Below, one piece after another: positions 9,372-18,074 of a stretch of 20,000 bases of DNA. The DNA is taken from sequence record DRR378314_213; one strand, written 5' to 3'. The notes below the pieces were generated by a model that saw nothing but the letters and a program-made list of their open reading frames with translations, was not told the DNA's origin and searched no databases. A program made the position numbers and the translations under genes. Position 1 is the stretch's first letter; each line of letters begins with the position of its first letter.

Positions 9372-9887
9372 ATGCCTAAAGAGCGTATTGGCCTTTATCC
9401 AGGAACATTCGATCCGATTACCCTGGGTCACTATGATATTATCAAACGGGCGTCAAAGCTTGTTGACACCCTGGTAATTGGGGTCGCAATGAACCCTGGG
9501 AAAAGTCCGCTTTTTTCAGTGGCCGAGCGGTGCCAAATGGTGCAAACCCTGATAACGGAATTTCCGAATACAAATTTTGAGGTTAAACCCTTTGATAATT
9601 TGTTGATGCATTTTGCAGAACAATGTAATGCCAGTGTCATCATTCGCGGCTTGCGGGCCGTGTCGGATTTTGAGTATGAATTTCAGATGGTCGGCATGAA
9701 CCGGCGTTTGAATTCTGAGATTGAAACCGTGTTTTTAATGGCGTCTGATCAACACCAGTTTATCGCTTCTTCCTTGGTCAAGGAAATTGCAATTCTGGGA
9801 GGGGACATTTCTAAATTTGTCTCCAAGACGACAGCGACTGCCATTGTGGAACGCGTCGAACTGCTTGCAAAGCAGTCCAAAGATTAA
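9372..9887 (+). CDS. coaD: Phosphopantetheine adenylyltransferase
   Basis: YPGTFDPITLGH, IIRGLRAVSDFEYEFQM, IASSLVKEIA. Confidence 0.97.
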   Translation: MPKERIGLYPGTFDPITLGHYDIIKRASKLVDTLVIGVAMNPGKSPLFSVAERCQMVQTLITEFPNTNFEVKPFDNLLMHFAEQCNASVIIRGLRAVSDFEYEFQMVGMNRRLNSEIETVFLMASDQHQFIASSLVKEIAILGGDISKFVSKTTATAIVERVELLAKQSKD

Positions 9888-9913
9888 CCCCCCTGGGGGA
9901 GTAGGAGCAGACT

Positions 9914-10399
9914 ATGTCAAAGGACCTGGAGAACACGCTTTATCTTGAGTTGAAAGATGGGCGTGTTGAGATTGAATTGCGTCCTGATCTGGCGCCCAAC
10001 CATGTGGCCCGAATCAAGGAACTGGCGCGGGACGGCTTTTATGATGGGCTTGTGTTCCATCGGGTTATTGATGGTTTCATGGCCCAGACTGGCGATCCCA
10101 AAGGAAATGGTACCGGCGGTTCCGGTCAAAACCTATCTGCCGAATTTTCAGGTGAAGCCCATGTGGAAGGAACTTGTTCCATGGCGCGGGCTGCAGATCC
10201 GGACAGCGCAGATAGCCAGTTCTTCATCATGTTTGCCCCGGCCCCCCATTTGGATAGTCAATACAGCATCTGGGGTCAGGTCGTGGAAGGCATGGAACAT
10301 GTGCATTCCATCAAAAAAGGTGACGGTATGATGAACGGGACGGTTAAAGATCCGGACACAATCGTCAGCATGAAGGTTGCGGCAGACGTCGCTGAATAA
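9914..10399 (+). CDS. Cyclophilin-type peptidyl-prolyl cis-trans isomerase
   Basis: [53 protein letters not shown]. Confidence 0.96.
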   Translation: MSKDLENTLYLELKDGRVEIELRPDLAPNHVARIKELARDGFYDGLVFHRVIDGFMAQTGDPKGNGTGGSGQNLSAEFSGEAHVEGTCSMARAADPDSADSQFFIMFAPAPHLDSQYSIWGQVVEGMEHVHSIKKGDGMMNGTVKDPDTIVSMKVAADVAE

Positions 10400-10420
10400 A
10401 TGTATTTGCAGGAAGCCTTG

Positions 10421-10455
10421 ACGAACGGTTCTTTTCACAAAGGACCGTTCGTTTT
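10421..10455 (+). terminator. Stem-loop or weak intrinsic terminator between cyclophilin and queA
   Basis: 14-bp stem ACGAACGGTTCTTT-tcac-AAAGGACCGTTCGT (one G-U on +) followed by TTT. Confidence 0.6.
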
Positions 10456-10467
10456 GCTGTTTATAAG

Positions 10468-11499
10468 ATGCTTGTAGACGAATTTGACTTTCAATTACCC
10501 ACTGATTTAATCGCGGATCGTCCTGTCACCCCACGGGAAGCGGCAAAAATGCTGGTTGTTGCTGATGGGTTGTCAGATCATACTGTGGGGGAGTTGTCGG
10601 ATTTTCTAAAATCTGGTGATGTTCTGGTTTTTAACGATACCAAAGTCATTCCGGCCCGCTTGAAAGGGACCCGGCGCACGGCAAAAATAGAAGTCACGCT
10701 ACACAAGAATGTAGGGCTTGATACCTGGCATGCTTTTGCCAAGCCTGCCAAAAAGCTGAAACCCGGTGACATTATAGAATTTTCCAGTGATTTCAGGGCT
10801 TTGGTCAGTCAAAAACTGGACGGTGGGGAGGTTGTTCTCACCTTTAATAAATCTGGTTTGGAATTGATGCAGGCGCTGTTGAAAGATGGTGAAATCCCGC
10901 TGCCGCCTTATATCAGTTCGCTCCGCCCGGTGGATGATCAGGATAAAGAAGATTATCAGACCATATTTGCCCGTGAAGAAGGTGCGGTCGCGGCACCTAC
11001 GGCCGGATTGCATTTTACGCCGGAATTGCTGGCGACAATCAAGGCTATGGGTGTCCAAACCGTCGCCACCACTTTGCATGTGGGGGCCGGGACCTTTTTA
11101 CCGGTCAAGGTGGACGACACGGACGATCACATAATGCATTCAGAATATGGGATCATTACCAAAGAAGCTGCGGATCAGATTAATGAGTGCCGTAAAGCAG
11201 GGGGACGGATTGTTTCTGTCGGGACGACAAGCTTGCGCCTGCTGGAAAGCGCTGCGGATGACGAAGGGATCATTCATCCTTTCAGTGCGGAGACGGATAT
11301 CTTTATTACACCCGGCTATCGTTTCAAAGCGGTTGACGTGTTGATGACCAATTTTCATTTGCCAAAATCAACGTTATTTATGCTGGTATCCGCCTTTAGT
11401 GGTGCTGCTCAAATGAAGGCAGCGTACGCGCATGCCATTGATGCCAAATATCGGTTTTACTCTTATGGGGACAGTTCGCTGTTATTTCCGAAATCATGA
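10468..11499 (+). CDS. queA: S-adenosylmethionine:tRNA ribosyltransferase-isomerase
   Basis: [68 protein letters not shown]. Confidence 0.97.
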   Translation: MLVDEFDFQLPTDLIADRPVTPREAAKMLVVADGLSDHTVGELSDFLKSGDVLVFNDTKVIPARLKGTRRTAKIEVTLHKNVGLDTWHAFAKPAKKLKPGDIIEFSSDFRALVSQKLDGGEVVLTFNKSGLELMQALLKDGEIPLPPYISSLRPVDDQDKEDYQTIFAREEGAVAAPTAGLHFTPELLATIKAMGVQTVATTLHVGAGTFLPVKVDDTDDHIMHSEYGIITKEAADQINECRKAGGRIVSVGTTSLRLLESAADDEGIIHPFSAETDIFITPGYRFKAVDVLMTNFHLPKSTLFMLVSAFSGAAQMKAAYAHAIDAKYRFYSYGDSSLLFPKS

Positions 11500-12629
11500 C
11501 CATTTCCAACTTTGAATTTCAGATCCAGTCGACAGATGGTGCTGCCCGGCGCGGAACATTGAAGACAGCTCACGGGGAGATCAGGACCCCAGCATTCATG
11601 CCGGTGGGCACTGTTGGTACGGTTAAAGGGATGACCCCGGAAGCGGTGCGGGAGACCGGAGCCGACATATTGCTTGGGAATACCTATCATTTGATGTTGC
11701 GCCCTGGCTCAGAGCGGGTGAAAAAGCTGGGTGGTTTGCACAAATTCATGAATTGGGAGCGGCCGATCCTGACAGATTCCGGGGGCTTTCAGGTTATGTC
11801 CTTGAATGAGCTTCGGAAAATTGATGAAAATGGCGTGGTGTTTAAATCCCATATCGATGGCAAAAAGTTTGAGCTAACACCCGAGCGATCCATGCAGATC
11901 CAGAACGATCTGGATGCGACCATAACGATGGCATTTGACGAATGCACACCGTTTCCGGCGGATCATAAACTTGCGGCTGACAGCATGCGCCGGTCCATGC
12001 GGTGGGCGAAACGCTCCCGCGATGGGTTTGAAAAGCGAACGGGCTATGGTCTGTTTGGAATTGTTCAGGGGTCCATCTATGAAGACCTGCGAAAAGAAAG
12101 CATAGAAGCTTTGACCGATATTGGGTTTGACGGATATGCAATCGGCGGATTGGCTGTTGGTGAGGGGCAGGAGAATATGTTTAAGACCCTTGAATTCACC
12201 ACGCCCAATATGCCGACGGAAAAACCCCGGTACCTGATGGGGGTTGGTAAGCCGGACGATCTGGTTGGTGGTGTTATGCGGGGTGTTGATATGTTCGATT
12301 GTGTTTTACCGACACGATCCGGGCGAAATGCACAGGCTTTTACCCGTTATGGGACAGTCAATATGCGAAATGCCCGCCATCAGGAAGATCCAAGACCTTT
12401 GGATGAAAATTGTAAATGTCCGGCCTGCCGGAATTATTCACGCGCTTATTTGCATCATTTGTTCAGGGCGAAGGAAATTCTCGGATCAGTCTTACTGACC
12501 TGGCATAATCTGCAATATTATCAAGATCTTATGGCAGGTATGCGAAAAGCAATTGGCGAAGGTGAGTTGGCGGATTTCGCCCTGGCTTTTCATGCTGCGC
12601 AAGATCAGGGTGATATCGACCCGCTTTAG
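11496..12629 (+). CDS. tgt: Queuine tRNA-ribosyltransferase (tRNA-guanine transglycosylase)
   Basis: [35 protein letters not shown], zinc site CKCPAC...H; ATGA overlap with the queA stop. Confidence 0.98.
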   Translation: MTISNFEFQIQSTDGAARRGTLKTAHGEIRTPAFMPVGTVGTVKGMTPEAVRETGADILLGNTYHLMLRPGSERVKKLGGLHKFMNWERPILTDSGGFQVMSLNELRKIDENGVVFKSHIDGKKFELTPERSMQIQNDLDATITMAFDECTPFPADHKLAADSMRRSMRWAKRSRDGFEKRTGYGLFGIVQGSIYEDLRKESIEALTDIGFDGYAIGGLAVGEGQENMFKTLEFTTPNMPTEKPRYLMGVGKPDDLVGGVMRGVDMFDCVLPTRSGRNAQAFTRYGTVNMRNARHQEDPRPLDENCKCPACRNYSRAYLHHLFRAKEILGSVLLTWHNLQYYQDLMAGMRKAIGEGELADFALAFHAAQDQGDIDPL

Positions 12630-13840
12630 GTTTCCTCAAAGCTCATTCGGGTTCCAAGGATCTTTTGCACCTCTGCAACCGGTAGGGGTTTGGAGATCAA
12701 ATAACCTTGCCCGAAATGGCAATCCAAATCCCGATAGAGGGAAAGCTGCTTCATGGTTTCAATCCCCTCGGCCACGATTTCCAGGTTCATGTTATGAGAT
12801 AATCCGGCGATGGCCCGAACGATTTCCTGGCTGCCCTGATCACTGAGCATATTATGGGTGAAAGAGCGGTCGATTTTCAGTTTATCAATTGGGAACTGAT
12901 GCAGGTAGCTGAGGCTTGAATATCCAGTGCCAAAGTCATCGAGAACGATCTTAAATCCGAAACTTTTCAGGTCCTGAAGCATCTCCTTGGCACAATTGGT
13001 ATCTGCCATCAGGATAGTTTCAGTGATCTCCAGTTCTATATGCTCCGGATTAACTTTAGTTTTGAGTGCGATTGCTTTAATCGTTTCGACCAGATCGGGT
13101 TCAGAAAATTGTTTGGCGGAAATATTGATGCTGACAAACACTTCCGGGCTGCGATGTTTTGAAGCCCGTTCATTGAACTCTATAGATTTGAGGCACGCCT
13201 CTTCAAACACCCAGTCACCAATTTCCTGGATCATGTCGGTTTGTTCCGCGATATCGATAAAGTGATAGGGGGTTAGCAACCCTTTTTCTGGATGGTTCCA
13301 ACGGATTAAAGCCTCAAAGCCGGCTGTAAACCCGCCCCGTAGAGAGATGATTGGTTGGAAAAACAGTTCAAACTCTGAATTGACAAGCGCTGCTTGTAAT
13401 TCTTCTTTTATTCTAAATCGTTGGACCAGTTCTTCACTGGTGGTTTGTAGCTTCTTCTCGCGATGATGCCGTCGGGATGAGAATGTATTGATCTGCTCAT
13501 CGGTGCCGTAATGCTTCAGGGTCAAATTGTGACATCGATCCATGAAGAAATTGAGAAACAGGCTGAGGAGGGGATCTACGTGAGCAGTTTTTTCTTCAAT
13601 ATCAGAAAGAGTAACCACAACGAGTAAGCTGTCTTCCTCCGCCACAGCCGTCGAATAATGCGCAGCCCCTTCAATCACACCATATTCACCAAACATGTCA
13701 CCCGGGCCAAGCGAATAGCTCCCGAGGCTGGACGCCCGGTCACTTACCGCGACTTTGCCCTGTTCGACAATATACGCGTATTCACCTGTTTCCTTGTCAG
13801 AGAGAATGATGTCTCCCTTTTTGACCTGTATACGATGCAA
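12626..13840 (-). CDS. cNMP-binding-like domain fused to an EAL c-di-GMP phosphodiesterase domain (no GGDEF)
   Basis: N-term GDII...AYIVEQGKV...GPGDMFGE (cNMP barrel). C-term [55 protein letters not shown] start is bounded by an in-frame TAA two codons upstream. Confidence 0.9.
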   Translation of the reverse strand: MHRIQVKKGDIILSDKETGEYAYIVEQGKVAVSDRASSLGSYSLGPGDMFGEYGVIEGAAHYSTAVAEEDSLLVVVTLSDIEEKTAHVDPLLSLFLNFFMDRCHNLTLKHYGTDEQINTFSSRRHHREKKLQTTSEELVQRFRIKEELQAALVNSEFELFFQPIISLRGGFTAGFEALIRWNHPEKGLLTPYHFIDIAEQTDMIQEIGDWVFEEACLKSIEFNERASKHRSPEVFVSINISAKQFSEPDLVETIKAIALKTKVNPEHIELEITETILMADTNCAKEMLQDLKSFGFKIVLDDFGTGYSSLSYLHQFPIDKLKIDRSFTHNMLSDQGSQEIVRAIAGLSHNMNLEIVAEGIETMKQLSLYRDLDCHFGQGYLISKPLPVAEVQKILGTRMSFEET

Positions 13841-14073
13841 ATTTTATACTCTAGCAAGTTTTTCTAAAATTGGATGTATACCATGAGCTGCCTTTATTAC
13901 TTTTTCGTTAAGCTGCAGAGGTTAAGTAAGTTATTGTATTTAAATAGAAGTTTTTATTCTGATAATCTCTAGCTCAAACAATAAAAATGCACTTATAGGT
14001 ATAATTAGGTGATAAGTAATGTTTTTATTTAGGGGATTTGCGTGCAGATATAGCAATTGCTTTACAGATAGAG

Positions 14074-14200
14074 GACCTATGTCGACGCAATAGGGGTCAC
14101 AATTCTGCTGTTTTCTGCGGGGAAGGCAAAGTAATCGAAGCTGCCATTACTCTCAAAGGGGGGGGCTTGGAAAGAAGTAACAACAGCTCCGATCAACCTT
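14074..14200 (-). ncRNA. Candidate small RNA or structured leader with C-rich loops (ends approximate)
   Basis: 20-bp stem 14194-14175 / 14152-14133 with 14 WC + 6 G-U pairs, complete only on -, and loop containing UCCAAGCCCCCCCCUUU. Second hairpin UUUGC-CUUCCCC-GCAGA (14130-14114). Third hairpin CCUAU/AUAGG (14094-14076). Confidence 0.45.
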
Positions 14201-14226
14201 GGACAAGTTCATTTTGTCGTTAGAGT

Positions 14227-14243
14227 GTTAACAATGTGTTAAC
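14227..14243. promoter_or_regulatory. Perfect CtrA-type binding site TTAA-N7-TTAAC
   Basis: GTTAACAATGTGTTAAC: two GTTAAC half-sites 11 bp apart, matching TTAA-N7-TTAAC on both strands. Confidence 0.65.
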
Positions 14244-14284
14244 TTGTAATGAAAGACTGGCCTTTAATTCTGAAAGTTTTTCAA

Positions 14285-15445
14285 TTAAACCGAGTTATCG
14301 TTTTTTTTCAATAACTTCGCCTTTTCAGGAATTTTCAAATTTTTTTCATTGCTGGTTTTACCGTCATTTTCGTAAAGCATTGTCATGAGAATCTTGTCTA
14401 AAAACCGAAAAATGAAGTCGATACTATAGCCAGCCAGGAAAGCCAGAGCCAATGGGCTTAGGGAACTATCCCCGGGATCGATTGTTAATAGCTGTTCAAT
14501 ATTTTCTGGAACCGGCTTTGGCGGTCCACTTGTGGGATGGATGAAAAAACTGATCATCATTCCGGCTAACGGTCCTTGGGCCAGACGTAGATTATAATTG
14601 ATATAGGAGTTTCGCGAAAAAATGAGGCTCGAGATCTCTCTTGGCAGCTGGCGGAGGATATAAAAACAGGCGCCGATCAATCCATAGAGGATCGGTAGAA
14701 GATATTCACTGATCGCTTGCAAGGTGTTCTCGGCTGCGACGAACTGAATTCGTTTCTGAATCGCTTTGGAGTAAGACTTGAAATCCTCGTCTTGCCAGGG
14801 TTGGTAGGTGAACACATCCAGATTGGACCAGACTTCATTCCAGTTCTGCAGATGATTGGTCGCCGCGTCACGCCAGTTTAGATGTTCGTTGAGTTGATCG
14901 CGGATCAATCCCAGTTCAAGCGCTCGCGGATGGTCAATGCTCAAGTGATCCTGTGGTGGGTTTCGAGTTGTTTGTTTGGAAAGTGTAACCAGCCGGTCGT
15001 TTAATGCCGATATATTTTGATTTTGCGTATTGATATCCAATACGAGGGCATAGCCCACATACCAGTAGATTTGAATCGCGATCAATAAAAATAATGTAGA
15101 CATGGACAGGATCCGATAGCGCGTGACACAGCGCTCTGACAGCGATCGCCTACTGCGCCGCCAAAACCAAAAGCGGCTTTCTTTTGAAGCGGTAACAGGT
15201 GGGTAGTTGGACAGGATACTGTCGATGGTAATCGGATGGAGCAGATCACAAAGCTCACTGTAAGCTACCCAAAAGGCAATCCGATTGTCTTTGGTTAGAG
15301 TATCTAGCTGGTCACAATCTGTAACCGTCAGGATCGCGTTCATCACATTTTCGGGAATAGGCAGGGCACATTCACTGGCGACCTGTATCATCAGGCTCGC
15401 GTTTTCAGCTGAGGATAGAAGGCGGCTGTCGTGAGCTATAGACAC
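14285..15445 (-). CDS. Hypothetical membrane protein (about 4 TM segments plus a coiled-coil-like loop)
   Basis: 386-codon ORF with GTG start (uncertain). Hydrophobic segments LFLLIAIQIYWYVGYALVL, YLLPILYGLIGACFYIL, GPLAGMMISFFI and LALAFLAGYSIDFIF. Confidence 0.8.
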   Translation of the reverse strand: MSIAHDSRLLSSAENASLMIQVASECALPIPENVMNAILTVTDCDQLDTLTKDNRIAFWVAYSELCDLLHPITIDSILSNYPPVTASKESRFWFWRRSRRSLSERCVTRYRILSMSTLFLLIAIQIYWYVGYALVLDINTQNQNISALNDRLVTLSKQTTRNPPQDHLSIDHPRALELGLIRDQLNEHLNWRDAATNHLQNWNEVWSNLDVFTYQPWQDEDFKSYSKAIQKRIQFVAAENTLQAISEYLLPILYGLIGACFYILRQLPREISSLIFSRNSYINYNLRLAQGPLAGMMISFFIHPTSGPPKPVPENIEQLLTIDPGDSSLSPLALAFLAGYSIDFIFRFLDKILMTMLYENDGKTSNEKNLKIPEKAKLLKKNDNSV

Positions 15446-15592
15446 TTTAGGATCCTGAGATTACCTGTGCGGTGCAAAAGGTTGCTCAAGTAAGACGGTA
15501 ACAATTTGAAATCTGTGAGGGTTGGTCTTGTGAAGTCAGACGGTGCTCAGTATAAATTTAGAATGCTTGATACTATAAGGGGTTTCTGTTCA

Positions 15593-15943
15593 GTGATTAC
15601 GATTTACGGCATCAAAACATGCGACACGGTTCGAAAAGCGTTAAAATGGGCTGCAGCGGAAGGGTTGGATCATCAGTTCCATGACTTTCGAAAAGATCCC
15701 GTATCTATTGAGCAGATCCAGAATTGGGAAAAAGCAGTCGGGCGGGATGTGCTGATCAACAAAAAGGGCGCTACTTATCGCAAGATGGATGCGGATGAGA
15801 AGGCAATCCTTGAAGGGGATGCGCCTTATGAATTACTTCAGGCGCAGCCAACACTCATGAAGCGCCCCGTTTTTGAAAAGGGAGCACAAGTGGTTGTTGG
15901 ATTTAAAGCTCCGGAACAACAGGCCGTCCTGACGTTTTCCTAA
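15593..15943 (+). CDS. ArsC/Spx/MgsR (YffB-like) thioredoxin-fold protein
   Basis: ITIYGIKTCDTVRKALKW, FHDFRKD, LINKKGATYRK, PTLMKRPV..VVVGF. GTG 15593 preceded by AAGGGG; the upstream ORF extension looks spurious. Confidence 0.9.
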   Translation: MITIYGIKTCDTVRKALKWAAAEGLDHQFHDFRKDPVSIEQIQNWEKAVGRDVLINKKGATYRKMDADEKAILEGDAPYELLQAQPTLMKRPVFEKGAQVVVGFKAPEQQAVLTFS

Positions 15944-15992
15944 GTAGCTTAACGCCGTTCAGAATGCATGTGATCCGTTAAGCGGATGATTG

Positions 15993-16661
15993 TTATTTAA
16001 GCTGCTGAATGTAGCAAAGAACATGATCGATGGTTCGCAGATCCTCACTTAAGGGGAGCGCAATCAAACGAATGGGCATCTCGCCAGTTAAAGATGGGAA
16101 TCTTTCTGTCCCGTGGGTTGGTTTGCCACTTGTCGCTACTTCTCGTGCCAGTCCCAGGATCCAATCGATCACCATGGGGGTGAATTCGATGCGATCAATT
16201 TTCTGCTCTTCAGGTGCGTATTTTTCACTTGTCTTGCGAATAGCTGTTGTGAATTCATACTTCACCTGCAGGCGCCCGATTTCCCGGTTGCAATGGATGA
16301 GAAGACAATTAGGCCAATGCTGACCAATCTTCTCTGGCTCCAGCGACTGCCAGGACGGATAGCGGCGCCCTTGGCGAATGTCCAACCAATAATTCAGGAT
16401 ATCCGGTGCGGCCTGCTTCTTCGGTCCCCAACCTGTATTGCGGATCGGTTTTGATGCCGGGGCGGGCATTGGCGCGGGGGTAATTGCGGCTGGGGCTGCA
16501 GTTGTTTGATCAAGTTCTTCACTCAACAGGGCCAGCCGCCGGGTAATGTCACCAGCTTTCGGAGCGTCGGGTTGGGCCAGGCTCGTCTTTCGGACCTGAA
16601 TACGGGCTAAAGAAGCGGCATTGCCGCAATCTACATCCTCTTGATCAAACACATTTGGCAT
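15993..16661 (-). CDS. PAS-like (PAS_5/DUF1457-type) domain protein with a low-complexity Pro/Ala-rich N-terminus
   Basis: ILNYWLDIRQGRRYPSWQSLEPEKIGQHWPNCLLI and terminal RLIALPLSEDLRTIDHVL match the YW..R..R..P....LPLS.DG pattern of PAS_5; linker TTAAPAAITPAPMPAPASKP. Confidence 0.65.
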   Translation of the reverse strand: MPNVFDQEDVDCGNAASLARIQVRKTSLAQPDAPKAGDITRRLALLSEELDQTTAAPAAITPAPMPAPASKPIRNTGWGPKKQAAPDILNYWLDIRQGRRYPSWQSLEPEKIGQHWPNCLLIHCNREIGRLQVKYEFTTAIRKTSEKYAPEEQKIDRIEFTPMVIDWILGLAREVATSGKPTHGTERFPSLTGEMPIRLIALPLSEDLRTIDHVLCYIQQLK

Positions 16662-16676
16662 GATGCACCCCTTTTT

Positions 16677-17192
16677 TTATTTGCTGGTAATCTGTTTCAA
16701 CAAACAATTGCAGGTTTGTGGTAAAATCTCTTCCCCATGTTTTTCGACATATTCCCGCAAGGCTTCCTCCAGGATAAATTGTGAGGATTTACGGGCATGA
16801 GTGGACAGAAGTTTTAGCGTTAGATGATCATCCGGGCACAGGCGGACGCTCATGCGGACACGGCCCAGATTATCTTTTTTCAGTTTTTTCTGATCGGTGT
16901 TGCGGTACCTCTCCATCGACGATGCCGCCGGTTTCTGCCGAATTGCTTTTCGGGGGGTGACTGCAGGTTCAGAAGCCTGCGCCACCGGCCGTGAAGAGGG
17001 GTTGGATGTTGGTCTGTGATCGCTTTGAGGTTCTGAGACAGAAGCGTTCTCTGTGCGCTTGGCAAGGGTTTCCGCTTGAGCAGGCATCTTGCTGTGGCTG
17101 GCCAAAAGATCACTCGCCGCTTTTGAGCGCGTTGCCGGTGTTGCCGATCCTTTTGAACTGATCAGGGAACTGGAAAGAAATGCAGCTTTCAT
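16677..17192 (-). CDS. ParA-partner protein with disordered N-terminus and C-terminal ribbon-helix-helix (ParG-like)
   Basis: RVRMSVRL (strand) - PDDHLTLKLLSTH (helix) - SSQFILEEALREY (helix). S/P/A-rich middle, N-terminal LSSSLISSKGSATPA, GGAAGGAG SD, 20 nt after the parA stop. Confidence 0.7.
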   Translation of the reverse strand: MKAAFLSSSLISSKGSATPATRSKAASDLLASHSKMPAQAETLAKRTENASVSEPQSDHRPTSNPSSRPVAQASEPAVTPRKAIRQKPAASSMERYRNTDQKKLKKDNLGRVRMSVRLCPDDHLTLKLLSTHARKSSQFILEEALREYVEKHGEEILPQTCNCLLKQITSK

Positions 17193-17212
17193 AGTGGGGT
17201 ACTCCTTCCAGA

Positions 17213-17911
17213 CTAGACCGAAGCCATTTGTGTACCAAAAGCTTTGGTTGGCTTTTGCTGGCGACGAATATGTGAGGACATTGCAACAGGGATTTTGTTG
17301 AGCCGTTCATTCACATAAGACCAGAGTTTGGTGATTTCCTCACTGGATTTGGACGCGGAATTTAATTCCATCACCGTTCGTCCATCAATCATGCTGGAGG
17401 CAAAATCCACCCGCTGATGCAGGATGGAAGGGGCCAGGGTTCCGTGTTGGGAAAGGGCAATCGCGGCCTCTCCGGTAATTCGGGCCCGGGGAGTTGCTCC
17501 GTTCACGACAAATAGCAAAGGCGTATCCAAACCTTCTGCCAGTTCAACTGTTGCCCCAACGGCCCTAAGGTCATGCGGGCTCGGCCGGGTTGGGATGATC
17601 AACAGGTCTGATACAGTTAGCACATTTGCGATAGTTTCAGTGATGGCAGGGGGGGTATCAATGATTAAAAGCTCAATGCCCATGCGGTCCATTCGAGCCA
17701 CATCGGTTTTTAGCTTTTCAATGGAGGTTCTAGCAAAAAGGGGCGTTTCTGCTTCTCGTTCATTCCACCATTCGGACAAACTGCCCTGAGGATCAGTATC
17801 AACAAGGGCAACAGGACCGGCGCCGGTCATTTCGGCCTGAACCGCCAGATGGCCGGCAAGGGTGGTTTTACCAGAGCCGCCTTTTTGAGAAGCAACCGCA
17901 ATCACCTTCAT
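17213..17911 (-). CDS. Orphan ParA/MinD-family ATPase (short type Ib/ParF-like, no N-terminal HTH)
   Basis: Deviant Walker A QKGGSGKTT, LVDTDPQGS, Walker B IIDTPP, IPTRPSPHDL; GGAG SD. Confidence 0.93.
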   Translation of the reverse strand: MKVIAVASQKGGSGKTTLAGHLAVQAEMTGAGPVALVDTDPQGSLSEWWNEREAETPLFARTSIEKLKTDVARMDRMGIELLIIDTPPAITETIANVLTVSDLLIIPTRPSPHDLRAVGATVELAEGLDTPLLFVVNGATPRARITGEAAIALSQHGTLAPSILHQRVDFASSMIDGRTVMELNSASKSSEEITKLWSYVNERLNKIPVAMSSHIRRQQKPTKAFGTQMASV

Positions 17912-18074
17912 CGGTATTCTCCATTAAATGTCAACAGTTACGCAAATAAAACTAAATCATTCAGGAGAATATGAGGTAAATAAATTAAGATACGTTTACG
18001 AACTAAGTATCAATAAAGTAAAAAGACAGTATTTATTGTTTATTATTGTAAATAAAATTTCATAAAATTTTACA

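Noticed and set aside
6555-9431. Long antisense ORFs over gyrA (197, 250 and 323 aa) and similar shadow ORFs over other genes
   Set aside because: They lie wholly or almost wholly opposite confident genes, have no recognisable motifs, and are explained by the codon bias of the sense gene.
9888-9899. C6-T-G5 mini-palindrome between coaD and cyclophilin; also ATCCG/CGGAT at 15973-15987
   Set aside because: The stems are too short and lack U-tracts, so they cannot be called terminators or regulatory elements.
10400-10467. preQ1 riboswitch before queA-tgt
   Set aside because: No short P1 with a large loop and A-rich 3' tail; it is a simple long hairpin.
14080-14160. c-di-GMP-I riboswitch-like words (GGCAAA, GACGCAA) near an EAL gene
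   Set aside because: They are in the wrong order, on the strand opposite to the EAL gene, and lack the GNRA-capped P2 and P3 architecture.
14038-14223. 61-aa + strand ORF and the G8 tract (14158-14165) as a phase-variable gene
   Set aside because: TTG start with a badly spaced SD and no protein-like features. The tract is better explained as the C-rich loop of the minus-strand hairpin. Minus-strand mini-ORFs (19 and 16 aa) lack support.
13841-14284. Replication origin (AT-rich DNA plus CtrA box, as in Caulobacter Cori)
   Set aside because: No DnaA boxes (TTATCCACA/TGATCCACA) were seen, only one full CtrA box, and no hemE/dnaA/parAB-type context.
15593-15943. Arsenic-resistance locus
   Set aside because: The sequence is YffB-like and no arsR, arsB or acr3 is nearby.
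16677-17911. Integrated plasmid or prophage remnant, or the main chromosomal parAB
   Set aside because: No rep, integrase, att repeats or obvious compositional shift in the genes; no parB and no canonical parS palindrome seen.
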